Shown here piece by piece: positions 22,771 to 34,945 of a stretch of DNA of 36,614 nt. Below the pieces are notes generated by a model, which made no database searches, was not told where the DNA came from, and saw only the letters and a list, made by a program, of their open reading frames with translations. Position numbers and translations under genes: made by a program. The DNA lies in contig NC_068988.1 in NCBI RefSeq assembly GCF_001194135.2, positions 21,639,994 to 21,676,607 of the forward strand, read 5' to 3'. The stretch is from Octopus bimaculoides. Taxonomy: Eukaryota. How positions within the stretch are numbered: position 1 is the first letter of the stretch; each line of letters begins with the position of its first letter.

Positions 22771-23687
22771 TATATATATATATATATATATANNNNNNNN
22801 NNNNNNNNNNNNNNNNNNNNNNNNNNNNNNNNNNNNNNNNNNNNNNNNNNNNNNNNNNNNNNNNNNNNNNNNNNNNNNNNNNNNNNNNNNNNNNNNNNNN
22901 NNNNNNNNNNNNNNNNNNNNNNNNNNNNNNNNNNNNNNNNNNNNNNNNNNNNNNNNNNNNNNNNNNNNNNNNNNNNNNNNNNNNNNNNNNNNNNNNNNNN
23001 NNNNNNNNNNNNNNNNNNNNNNNNNNNNNNNNNNNNNNNNNNNNNNNNNNNNNNNNNNNNNNNNNNNNNNNNNNNNNNNNNNNNNNNNNNNNNNNNNNNN
23101 NNNNNNNNNNNNNNNNNNNNNNNNNNNNNNNNNNNNNNNNNNNNNNNNNNNNNNNNNNNNNNNNNNNNNNNNNNNNNNNNNNNNNNNNNNNNNNNNNNNN
23201 NNNNNNNNNNNNNNNNNNNNNNNNNNNNNNNNNNNNNNNNNNNNNNNNNNNNNNNNNNNNNNNNNNNNNNNNNNNNNNNNNNNNNNNNNNNNNNNNNNNN
23301 NNNNNNNNNNNNNNNNNNNNNNNNNNNNNNNNNNNNNNNNNNNNNNNNNNNNNNNNNNNNNNNNNNNNNNNNNNNNNNNNNNNNNNNNNNNNNNNNNNNN
23401 NNNNNNNNNNNNNNNNNNNNNNNNNNNNNNNNNNNNNNNNNNNNNNNNNNNNNAGATAGAGTAGCGTCGGAAGATATATAAGTTTACGAAAACTACTTAC
23501 AGTTGGAGACGCTGAGTTCAATCATGTAAAAACAAATAGTAAATGAGTATATGCATATATACGTACAGGTATGTGCATACCGACATCCACCTGTATGTAT
23601 AGGTGCATATCTGGGTACAGGACATTGCAAACAAACGTAGACGAGAAAACACACAAGCCACATAGAGAACATTCTATATATATATAT

Positions 23688-23940
23688 ATGTGTGTGTGTG
23701 TGTATGTGTGTGCGTGTGTATGTATGTATGTGTGCGCATGTCATTGTGTCTGCATTTGTCTCCTTCCACCACTTGCCAACCAGTGTTGGTGTGTTTACGT
23801 CCCCGCCAGTTAGTGGATCGGAAGAACAAGTAGCAGGCTTAAAAATACTGGATTCGATTAAGTCGATTACAAATTTCCCAAGGCGGTGCCCCTGCATGGC
23901 CGCAGTCTAATGACTAAAACAAGTAAAAGAAAATAAAAAT
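23688..23940 (+). mobile_element. Family B SINE 3' half: (TG)n plus tail
   Basis: Ends ggcggtgcccctgcatggccgcagtctaatgactaaaacaagtaaaaga. Confidence 0.75.
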
Positions 23941-24254
23941 TAAGTAACATGTACTTTACTGCTACTGCAGAGTTCAAAGTTAATCAAATCTTGCGAGCAA
24001 TATCCAAAAATAATATTTTTTTCCAAGAATTCTCACAAACTCGAATTTCCGTTCAGACGTTGATTTACTGAAGTTCAAAATGAATATCAATCAGCCTCAT
24101 CGAACCTGCCAACCTCCAAGAACAGACAGTTACAGATATCTTACACCTAACATATTAAAAAAAAAAGAAAGAAAAATGAAGGGATTTCGTTGTTTGATAG
24201 TAAAGAAAGTGTTGCAACGAATTCGTGGTAAAGTTGTGTAAGGTTTTATATTAC

Positions 24255-24345
24255 TCTTTACTCTTATGACGGGGACATAAGCACACCAGCATCGGTTGTC
24301 AAGCAATGCTAAGGGGACAAACACAGACACACAAACACACATAAA
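24255..24345 (-). mobile_element. Family B SINE internal fragment
   Basis: acggggacataagcacaccagcatcggttgtcaagc..ggggacaaacacagacacac matches 25070-25140. Confidence 0.6.
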
Positions 24346-24540
24346 ATATGTATATTTTAGCATTTAATAGAATGAAATTGGGGTCGTCTGGTCAGAAGGG
24401 GGTTAAATTTGAGGCGACTTATTTGAGTTTAAATGGAGTTAGTTTATACCGAATGAAGAAAACGATGTTCTTAAGAACCGATGTTCTTAAGAACCGATGT
24501 TATAGATGGCACCAAGAATGTGGGGAAAATGTCTATTATC

Positions 24541-24950
24541 TTTTTCCTTTTACGTTTTTCATTTATTAGACTGCGGCCATACTGGGGCACCGACTTTTAG
24601 AATTTTAATCAAACGAATCGACTCCAGTACTTACTTTATAATCCGAGTAATTACTATATCGTTATCTTTTGCCGAACCGCACGAACATTGGTTGTGAAGT
24701 GGTGAGGGGGAAAATCACACGCACAGACACACACACACACATACTCACACATACACTCACACATACACTCACACACACACGCATATGTATGTATATATAC
24801 GACGAGCTTCTTCAGTTTCGTTCTTCCAAATCCACTCACAAGTCTTTGGTCGGCCCAAGACTATAGTAGAAGACATCTGCTAAAGTTGCACGCAGTAGAA
24901 CTGAACCTAGAATCATGTGGCTGTGAAGTAAACCACACAATCACACCTGC
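24541..24950 (-). mobile_element. Full-length family B SINE with internal (CA)n
   Basis: Tail (ctgcggccatactggggcacc), microsatellite, central ccaaatccactcacaag..tggtcggccc and tRNA-like head, all in order. Confidence 0.8.
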
Positions 24951-24953
24951 AAT

Positions 24954-25157
24954 CTTCTACTTGTTGCAGTCATTAGACTACGGCCATGCTGGGGCACAGC
25001 CTTGAAGAATGTGTAGTCGAACGACTGCTACTTATATTTTCGGTCTCCTTTGCCGAGTCGATAAGGTATGAGGACGCAAACAAGCTAACACCGGTTGTCA
25101 AGCGGTAGGTGGCGGCGGGGGGACAAACACAGATACACACAAACGCACACATGCACA

Positions 25158-25253
<96 letters not shown>

Positions 25254-25428
25254 CACACACACACGTTGGAATTCTTTCAGTTTCTGTCTACCAAATCTAC
25301 TCATAAGGCTTTGATCAACCCGAGGCTATACTAGAAAATACCTGCCCAAGGTGCGACGTTTTAGCAACTGAACTCGAAACCGTGTGTTTGAGAAACCAAC
25401 TTTTTACCACGCAACCATGCCTGCACCT
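24954..25428 (-). mobile_element. Second full-length family B SINE, head-to-tail with the previous copy, with a long internal (CA)n
   Basis: Same module order as 24541-24950. Confidence 0.8.
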
Positions 25429-25734
25429 TTGTATAAAAACTTTTGCTGGTTATGCATTTCGCTGAACAGCTAGTTAGGCTACAGTTCGGAAGAAATGAGA
25501 AAATTTAGGCATGCATTTACAATAATGTAAATATGAATATAAGTAACATGTTTATTCAAATTTATAAACGTATTAGAGCGTGTTTATATTAAAGGAGCAG
25601 GAACCTTGTTTATATATAAAGTGGTTTATCTGATATTTCTGCTCCTTATATCTTTGCATATCTTTCAATATATCTGCACGATTTAACACATGCATGCTCA
25701 TCACATGATATCCAATGCGTATGTGAGCTAAATC

Positions 25735-26208
25735 TATGTGTGTGTGTGTGTGTGTGTATATGGGGGGAAAGGGTGGTCTCTCTGTGCGTGTGGTGGTCTG
25801 TGTTTGTGTGTGTGTTTGTGTGTGAATTTGTACGTCTGTATGTCTAAATGTGTGTGCGTTGGTCGTACGTCAATATATGCATATGCAATATGCATCCAAA
25901 TGAAATACTTACTTTGGTGTACTCACGTGCATGTTCACAGATATGCACATAAAGCATTATTGCATATTTACTTCCACATATGCACTCACATATCGCACAC
26001 AAACACACACACACACGCACACACACACACATATATATATATCATATAAGATATATATATACATATATATACTTATATATGCATAAACATATACCATATA
26101 AGATATATATATACATATATATACTTATNNNNNNNNNNNNNNNNNNNNNNNNNNNNNNNNNNNNNNNNNNNNNNNNNNNNNNNNNNNNNNNNNNNNNNNN
26201 NNNNNNNN

Positions 26209-26252
<44 letters not shown>

Positions 26253-26997
26253 CATATATGTATATATGTATAATATATCTATATCTATACATACATATAT
26301 GCACACATACATATTTACATATATATGTCTGTGTGTAAGTGTGTGTGTGTATACTTAAGAATGAGGTGTTAAACGCTCTAACATTTAAGTTCTAACACAT
26401 TACTACAACCACTACCCAAACCACAGAATCTCTCTCATTATACAAGTATATACAACTCACAGACACACAGAAGTACACATACACACACACACACAAACAT
26501 ACACACACGCATGCATACTCACGAACACACACACACAGAGAAATAATGAATTCAAAATCGCATAGACATATGTTTGTAAAACATTAGTCGAAAGTAAAAG
26601 GCGTTACTTAAGAAAATACACAAACGAACATAACACATATAATCCTGACCGCATCTTCCCTTCTTCTTCTCACCTGCTCTCTTTCCCAACACAACTGTAT
26701 CTGCTTGGAAACATATAATTCCCTGTATCATGGGTATTGAAAGTTTGAAATGGAAAGGCCATTAGTCGACATTTTATCAACTTGTCTCTCACAGAGCTTT
26801 CTCCTTCTTAAACATGGCTTTCACCACTTTAATCTTTATCCCTCTTAACTCCTTCGAGATTTTAGCAGATAAGAAATATCATCAGTGGTCGTCTACACAC
26901 CAACATGTAGCTTAAGAAACACGGCCGACACACCACGCTTCGGTACATTCATATGTGTGTTCAGAGAGAGACAATGTGCATACAAATATATAAATAT

Positions 26998-27044
<47 letters not shown>

Positions 27045-27177
27045 AATAGATATGTATATATATATATACATATATATTTGAAAAGATTTTATATATACAT
27101 ACACGCACGCACACACACACACACACACACATATAAATATATAAATATATGAATATATACCTATATGTATATATGCA

Positions 27178-27212
<35 letters not shown>

Positions 27213-27319
27213 ATATATATATATATATATACATATGTATATACATATGTATGTGTGGATGTGTATACATACATGCATACATACATACACACATACATGC
27301 TTATATACACACACATACA

Positions 27320-27373
<54 letters not shown>
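25735..27373. repeat. Dense TG/CA/TA/TATC microsatellite region with gap 26129-26208
   Basis: Direct reading; short non-repetitive islands are interspersed (e.g. 26570-26950). Confidence 0.8.
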
Positions 27374-27678
27374 NNNNNNNNNNNNNNNNNNNNNNNNNNN
27401 NNNNNNNNNNNNNNNNNNNNNNNNNNNNNNNNNNNNNNNNNNNNNNNNNNNNNNNNNNNNNNNNNNNNNNNNNNNNNNNNNNNNNNNNNNNNNNNNNNNN
27501 NNNNNNNNNNNNNNNNNNNNNNNNNNNNNNNNNNNNNNNNNNNNNNNNNNNNNNNNNNNNNNNNNNNNNNNNNNNNNNNNNNNNNNNNNNNNNNNNNNNN
27601 NNNNNNNNNNNNNNNNNNNNNNNNNNNNNNNNNNNNNNNNNNNNNNNNNNNNNNNNNNNNNNNNNNNNNNNNNNNNNN

Positions 27679-28528
27679 ATGGTTAAATAGAGAGAAATAT
27701 TAGAGTTCAATATAGAAGTTATTTTGGAGAAGGAAGCAAAGAAGGAGTATATAAGGAAATAGGCGATTGAATGTAGAAATAAAAATAAAAATGTATAAAG
27801 ATGTTATAGTTGCAGTAAAGTGATGCGCAGAAGTGGAATAAATGCTTCTTGTCCATGGTATGTAAATTCAAATAGGAATTCATGTTTTGTCATCACAAAT
27901 GGAAAGTGTGGAGACGTAGATTCCATGTACTGTTCATTCAAAGGGTCGTGTGTTGTGAAAGAAAATTTGAGAATGTAGTGGTAGTATTAAGTGGATAGAG
28001 AGGTGAGAAGAGATGTGTATGTTAAAATGAAGAGAGAGGTCAAAGAAAAAGGTGAGAAATGTAGGAGGAAAGAAAGAGGAACAGAAAATGAAAACGATAA
28101 TAAAAAATGAAAAAGTGTAAGAAAAATGAAAAATGTGTGTTAGTTGGTGGTCAAGATATTAAGAGGGGGATGGAAGAGAAGTAGGGGAGGAGATAAGAAT
28201 GTAAGTAATGAATATGTGTGAGGTGGGGTGGTATGTTAGAATGGTGAGGTGATATGTTAGAATGCATGTGTATGTGTATATATATATGCATGCATGCATA
28301 CGGGTTTAAATGCACAAGTACGCAGGCCTATATAATAATGCATACACACACACACATATGTACATGTGTGCGTGCGTATATCAATATACACTTCTTTTTC
28401 TCTCTCTGATTCCTCCGCCCACACTATCACATTAGCCACTAGAATAAACACGTAAGTCTATTTATAGAAACTTGACTATTTTTAGTATTTTTCCTTTCCG
28501 TTTTGTGGTTTATAACTCNNNNNNNNNN

Positions 28529-28566
<38 letters not shown>

Positions 28567-29577
28567 CATATCTATATGAGAGGCATTGCTATCCAGGAGA
28601 TCCAAGGTGGCAGGTACCATTATGTAAGGACCGTAGTTAAACTTTCGGTTCGATAATTATAGGAGTGAGGAGTCCAACGCAGGTCTTGCATGTATATGTT
28701 AAATAAAATGAATCAACAAAGCCAAGGCTGTGTGGAGTTTTCAGGACATTTATAAAGAGAAAGTTAGTCTTACACCTGTTTCTGGGATATCAGGGATATC
28801 AGAGACGATGTGAGATGGTTAAATAGAGAGAAATATTAGAGTTCAATATAGAAGTTATTTTGGAGAAGGAAGCAAAGAAGGAGTATATAAGGAAATAGGC
28901 GATTGAATGTAGAAATAAAAATAAAAATGTATAAAGATGTTATAGTTGCAGTAAAGTGATGCGCAGAAGTGGAATAAATGCTTCTTGTCCATGGTATGTA
29001 AATTCAAATAGGAATTCATGTTTTGTCATCACAAATGGAAAGTGTGGAGACGTAGATTCCATGTACTGTTCATTCANNNNNNNNNNNNNNNNNNNNNNNN
29101 NNNNNNNNNNNNNNNNNNNNNNNNNNNNNNNNNNNNNNNNNNNNNNNNNNNNNNNNNNNNNNNNNNNNNNNNNNNNNNNNNNNNNNNNNNNNNNNNNNNN
29201 NNNNNNNNNNNNNNNNNNNNNNNNNNNNNNNNNNNNNNNNNNNNNNNNNNNNNNNNNNNNNNNNNNNNNNNNNNNNNNNNNNNNNNNNNNNNNNNNNNNN
29301 NNNNNNNNNNNNNNNNNNNNNNNNNNNNNNNNNNNNNNNNNNNNNNNNNNNNNNNNNNNNNNNNNNNNNNNNNNNNNNNNNNNNNNNNNNNNNNNNNNNN
29401 NNNNNNNNNNNNNNNNNNNNNNNNNNNNNNNNNNNNNNNNNNNTATACACTTCTTTTTCTCTCTCTGATTCCTCCGCCCACACTATCACATTAGCCACTA
29501 GAATAAACACGTAAGTCTATTTATAGAAACTTGACTATTTTTAGTATTTTTCCTTTCCGTTTTGTGGTTTATAACTC
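27679..29577. other. Probable assembly redundancy: exact 262-bp and 134-bp duplications at contig ends
   Basis: 27679-27940 equals 28815-29076, and 28385-28518 equals 29444-29577; each pair has one end at a gap. Confidence 0.85.
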
Positions 29578-29852
29578 ACTTTAGAAACTCTACCTCCTAT
29601 ACCTTTTTCTGTACCCATCTTTCAATGCCATTCTAACGTATCACCCCACCTCACACATAATAATTACTTACATTTTTTATCTCTTCCTACCCCTCCTTTA
29701 CTCCTCTCTCTCACCCCCTCTTAATATCTTGACCACCAACTGACACACCTTTTTCATTTTTCTCACACTCTTTTTCATTTTTTCTCCTTGTTTTCATTTT
29801 CTGTTCCTCTTTCTTTTCTTCTACGTTTTATATATGTATGTATTCTTACGAA

Positions 29853-29997
29853 CCGTAACTTAGCGGTTCGGGAAAAGGGCCCGATAGAATAAGTACTAGG
29901 CTTATAAAGAATATGTCCTGGGGTCGATTTGCTTGACTAAAGGCGATGCTCCAGCATGGCCGCAGTCAAATAACTGAAACAAGTAAAAGAGTAAAAT
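29853..29997 (+). mobile_element. Family B SINE 3' tail
   Basis: cgtaacttagcggttcg...gctccagcatggccgcagtcaaataactgaaacaagtaaaagagtaaaa. Confidence 0.8.
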
Positions 29998-30071
29998 ATG
30001 TATCAACGTATGTATGTTTGTATGTTTGAATGTTTGTATGTGTGTATGTTTGTATTGTAGACATATGCATG

Positions 30072-30074
<3 letters not shown>

Positions 30075-30122
<48 letters not shown>

Positions 30123-30247
30123 ATAAGCCATTATATGCATTCGCTTGCTCTTCCTTCCCGTGTTAATGTTTCATTACTTGATTTATTTTTGTTTAGTTCT
30201 TTTCACCACAGATTTTAAAATTGTTTTTACTGCCGTGGAAAAATGTA

Positions 30248-30304
<57 letters not shown>

Positions 30305-30513
30305 GCTACTATTACTATTACTACTACTACTGCCGCTGCTGCTGCTGCTGAAGCGGCTACTACTACTACTGCCTTCACTGCCGCCTCTAGTGTTATTTCC
30401 GTCCTCTTCCTCCTCGTCCTCTTCCTCCTCCTCCTCCTCCTCCTCTTCCTCCTCCTCCTCCTCCTCTTCCTACTACTACTAATACTACTACCACTACTGC
30501 TGCTGCTACTACT
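30075..30513. repeat. (TG)n then compound trinucleotide tract (CTA)n/(CTG)n/(CCT)n running into gap 30514-31027
   Basis: Direct reading; explains the poly-Y, T, L and S ORFs. Confidence 0.95.
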
Positions 30514-31499
30514 NNNNNNNNNNNNNNNNNNNNNNNNNNNNNNNNNNNNNNNNNNNNNNNNNNNNNNNNNNNNNNNNNNNNNNNNNNNNNNNNNNNNNNN
30601 NNNNNNNNNNNNNNNNNNNNNNNNNNNNNNNNNNNNNNNNNNNNNNNNNNNNNNNNNNNNNNNNNNNNNNNNNNNNNNNNNNNNNNNNNNNNNNNNNNNN
30701 NNNNNNNNNNNNNNNNNNNNNNNNNNNNNNNNNNNNNNNNNNNNNNNNNNNNNNNNNNNNNNNNNNNNNNNNNNNNNNNNNNNNNNNNNNNNNNNNNNNN
30801 NNNNNNNNNNNNNNNNNNNNNNNNNNNNNNNNNNNNNNNNNNNNNNNNNNNNNNNNNNNNNNNNNNNNNNNNNNNNNNNNNNNNNNNNNNNNNNNNNNNN
30901 NNNNNNNNNNNNNNNNNNNNNNNNNNNNNNNNNNNNNNNNNNNNNNNNNNNNNNNNNNNNNNNNNNNNNNNNNNNNNNNNNNNNNNNNNNNNNNNNNNNN
31001 NNNNNNNNNNNNNNNNNNNNNNNNNNNATATATATATATATATATATATACATATATTGTTCTATGGAAGTGCATCCTTCTTTCGATTGTTTTACATCGC
31101 TTTCGCTATTACTGTTGTTATATTACACACGGTTAAATGATTCATCTATGACTCTGCTTTCTTCTCAAGGCACAGTTTGTAGGCATCTTTCTGTGCCTCT
31201 ACAGCCAGCTCTGTTCCTTTAGATCTTCGATGACTACGTCATCGTATTCGCCTCGCGTCCTTTCGTTCCGTATCGTCCTGACTACTAATCACATCAGTTT
31301 AATCAGCCACGCCACGTCAGCGGACAACATGGAAGATTAACTGGAAGCCAAACTTGAACTGATAAACGCAATGTAACACGTCTTTATGTCTTCATTGAAC
31401 TTAACAACTACACTGCTTCTTTTTATTTTGATTTTACTTGTTTGTTGTTGTTGTTTTGTACTTTCTCTTTCATGAAAACGTTTAATAATGCTTCAGGGA

Positions 31500-32007
31500 A
31501 TAATGAAGATTGAAGGGAGAATAGATAGATAGATTGACAGATGGCCAGATCGAGAGAAACGTAGAGAGAGAAAGAGAAAGTGACAGAGAGTGTATGAAGT
31601 GAGCGTAAAATATAAGGAACTAATAGAAAAATGAAGTGAGGATGTGAGAAAGCGGATGATGATGATGGCATGTAGTAGAGAGAAACTAAGGGATAGAAAG
31701 AGGGGGAACACATTTCGTGAAAGAGATAGGGGTCACTTTGGGAAGAGGGGCATAAAATAAATAAAATGAAACGGGAGAAAATGCGATGTGTTTGGGAAGG
31801 AGAGATTAAGATTGTAATGTAGAGAGAAAGAAATAGAAAGAGGCGAAAAGAATGAGGGGCGAGAAAAGAAATAGAGAGGATGAAGGTATGAAGTAGAGAA
31901 GAAAGAGAGACAGGGAGAGAAAGACAGAGAGCAAGATAGAGAGAGAGAGAGTAGGGAGAGGAGAGAGAGGGAGAGAGAGAGAGAGGAGTAGAGAGAGAGA
32001 GAGAGGG

Positions 32008-32041
<34 letters not shown>

Positions 32042-32203
32042 GAGAGGTTTAGACAGGTGAGAAAGAGAGCATAAACTAGTAAGAAATTATAAAGAAAGAG
32101 ACGAAGTGGAGAAAAGATGTTAAGTCGAAAAGTAGAAGGAATGGTAGAAAAAAGGAGACACAGATAGAGATAGGTAGGTAGGTAGGTAGGTAGATAGATA
32201 GAC

Positions 32204-32258
<55 letters not shown>
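31500..32258 (+). repeat. Purine-rich low-complexity tract with (GA)n, (TAGG)n and (TAGA)n
   Basis: Direct reading; source of the spurious 305-aa minus ORF. Confidence 0.85.
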
Positions 32259-32499
32259 AAGGCGACGAGCTGGCAGAAACGTTAGCACACCGGGCGAAAA
32301 ATTTAGCGGTATTTCGTCTGCCGCTACGTTTTGTGTTCAAATTCCGCCGAGGTCGACTTTACCTTTCATCCTTTCGGGGTCAATTAAATAATTACCAGTT
32401 ACGCACTGGCTGGGGTTGATATAATCGACTTAATCCGTTTGTCTGTCGTTGTGTTGTCTCCTCTCTGTGTTGCCCTTTGTGGGCAGTATAGAAATAAGA
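32259..32499 (+). mobile_element. Full-length tRNA-derived SINE, family A
   Basis: ggcgacgagctggcagaaacgttagcacaccgggcg..gtgttcaaattccgccgaggtcgactttacctttcatcctttcgggg..gccctttgtgggcagtatagaaataaga. Confidence 0.88.
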
Positions 32500-32547
32500 T
32501 AGATATATAGATAGATAGATATATAGAGTGTGTGTAAGTGTGAAGAA

Positions 32548-32578
<31 letters not shown>

Positions 32579-32776
32579 GAAGAGAGAGAGACAGACAAAG
32601 AGACAGGGAAAGAGAGGCAGAGAAAGACAGAAAGAGAGAGAAAGGGAGAGAGATACAGAGAAAGCAAGAACGTATTAGGAATTGTATAAAACATATATCT
32701 CATTTATTGTAGAAGTATAACCACTGAAAAATATTTGCATTGGAAATATCACTTCTCATCCCTAGCTGGTGATTGT

Positions 32777-32819
32777 CACGCACTGATAACGGGTTACTAC
32801 CCAGAAACCCGGGTCCGTG
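32777..32819 (+). ncRNA. Degenerate minimal hammerhead-like motif (Penelope-type), probably inactive
   Basis: CACG..CTGATAA-C-GGGT(TACT)ACCC-A-GAAAC-CCGG-GTC^CGTG. G8 is replaced by A; the stem III region ACCCGGGT is palindromic. Confidence 0.55.
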
Positions 32820-33179
32820 TGGATCTGACGTGATACATACGATCAGATACAAAGTGGGGAACTATGGTTTCCCTTTGCAAATACTGATCGAGCACAGATA
32901 GTGCGTTATTAGCCAGCTGGAGGAGATGTCTTCCTGGGGCTATAAACTACAGTAGCATCGTCCCATATGGGTCAGCCATATTTAGGTAGCAAATATATTT
33001 CACGATATAACCAATTTGTTTTACATAAATTTCAACAGAAAAAGTCTTATATGGAACTCCAAGGGCCATAAGGACACCGGTTGAGAATCACAGTTTTAAC
33101 TCACTCGGTCTTAGTGCAGATTAAAAATTATTCCTGTTCGTTGTACCTAGAGTAGAAAAGAATTGTCATTACATTAAAC

Positions 33180-33292
33180 AGGATGAAAAGCAAAGTTGAC
33201 ATCGGCGGAATTTGAACTCAGAACATAAATACAGACGAAATACCACTAAGCATTTCGCCCGGCGTGCTAACGTTTCTGCCAGCTCGCCGCCT
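33180..33292 (-). mobile_element. Family A SINE 5' half
   Basis: Near-perfect reverse match to the family A head. Confidence 0.85.
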
Positions 33293-34018
33293 TAATGTAA
33301 TGACAATTAATTAATTGACTCCTTTGTATAATAATAATAACTGCTTCATATACCAACTTCTTTATACTATATCCCCTATAACATCGGATTCTGTTGTATA
33401 CTATGTCTCTTATAATTGATTTCCCTACATACCGACTTCCTGTGTTTGTAGTACTCATTGCTATACTAACCTAATGCATCGCTTTTGATTTGTTGGTGAA
33501 AGCAGTTCCACTAAATGCATCGCTAATGCCCTTTCACGAGAGGCATTACTTAATGCCAGGCATCCATTTTCCTTTCTGTAATACATTCAAGTTAATAACT
33601 CAAAAGAAATCAACACATTAACAAATACACACGCACTTAAATACACACAACGCATAAACTCTCGTACATAGCTGCATACAGAATCATGTTTGTGAATCTG
33701 TAAGCCTGAATGCGTATGTGTGCACATGCGTGCATGCGTCTGTGTCTCTGTGTGTGTATGTGTGAGGAGCAAACACAGACGGGGTCGATTTAGCCATTCA
33801 TCTCTCTGGGGGTTGATAAATTAGCTATAAGTCAAATACTGCGATCGATGCCGGCAACACATTTATCCAGTTAATATTTATGGCCTTCTGCCAAAAGTGA
33901 AAATCATTGTTATTAGAGAAATGCCGCGTTACCAAACCCAGGGTCTTTGAATACGCTTCTTTCTCCATTCCTGTCAATAACGTCTGTTAGTTCCTACCTC
34001 GAAGCTTTTCGAAAGTTA

Positions 34019-34157
34019 GGTGGACATTTTAGCTGGATCCTTTGAGCATAGGACAAAATCATTTGTGCTAGATAGGTTTCTTTACGTTCTGAGTTCAAAT
34101 TCCACCGTGGTCAACTTTGCCTTTCATTCTTCCGGAGTCGATCAAATACAGAATACC
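34019..34157 (+). mobile_element. Degraded family A SINE
   Basis: cgttctgagttcaaattccaccgtggtcaactttgcctttcattcttccggagtcgat. Confidence 0.7.
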
Positions 34158-34574
34158 TATACTCGTTTACCACATGTGTTTGGTCAAAAAGAAATAAAAA
34201 ACAGCACCGTGTTAAATGAATCAGTATAGATGAATAATAGAATATATGGCAAAAATTGGCTTTGTCCCGAAACCCAAAGTTGTCTTGAGCATTGTGGATG
34301 GTCGCTGCAGCGCACTATTGTGGTGTAAGCAAAATACTTGATTGCCAACACGTGTTATGACAGATCAGTTTGTGACAAGCGTGACACGATATACAAATAA
34401 CGTATCAGTGATGAATGAATCAGATTTGACACGAGATGAACTAGTGAAATACTGGAGTCTATGTAATCGATTAACGCCCTCACTACAAAATTCTGGTCTT
34501 GAGCCAACTTTAGAAATTTCTAAAAATGTTATTAACAATTTAGATTGACATAAGTATATTGTTTGACTGGTATA

Positions 34575-34812
34575 CAGGATTCCCTCGACCATCGCGGGCG
34601 TTATTTTCCAAAACCTCCCACAGAAATAATTAAAATCTAAAAAAAATATATAAATATCTATCGGCCGTAGAAACCCGCGATATATTGAGGATCCGCGATA
34701 TAAATTTACATATATTAGCCAGAAATCTCTGCGATGTATTGAGTGCATGATAGGTGAACCGTGATGTATTGAGTGCGCGATAGGTGAACCGCGATATAGT
34801 GAGTGATTACTG
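34575..34812. mobile_element. pogo/Tigger-like MITE with TA TSD and internal 30-bp tandem duplication
   Basis: Left ta|caggattccctcgaccatcgcgg versus right-end reverse complement ta|cagtaatcactcactatatcgcgg; repeat units start at 34731, 34761 and 34791 (partial). Confidence 0.7.
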
Positions 34813-34814
34813 TA

Positions 34815-34945
34815 CTCTTTTATCCTGCACTGAAGGATGAAAGATAAAGATTACCTTGACAGGACTTGAACCTAGAACGTAAGAAAACGTAACTAAATAG
34901 CGAAAGGTATTTTGTCCGACATTTTAGCGATTCTGCCAAACTCTA
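34815..34945 (-). mobile_element. Degraded family A SINE
   Basis: gaaggatgaaagataaagattaccttgacaggacttgaacctagaacgt..gcgattctgccaaactc. Confidence 0.55.

Noticed and set aside
31170-31330. CpG-rich patch with RTE-like peptide RTIRNERTRGE..IEDL on the minus strand
   Set aside because: Similarity is too short and diverged to call.
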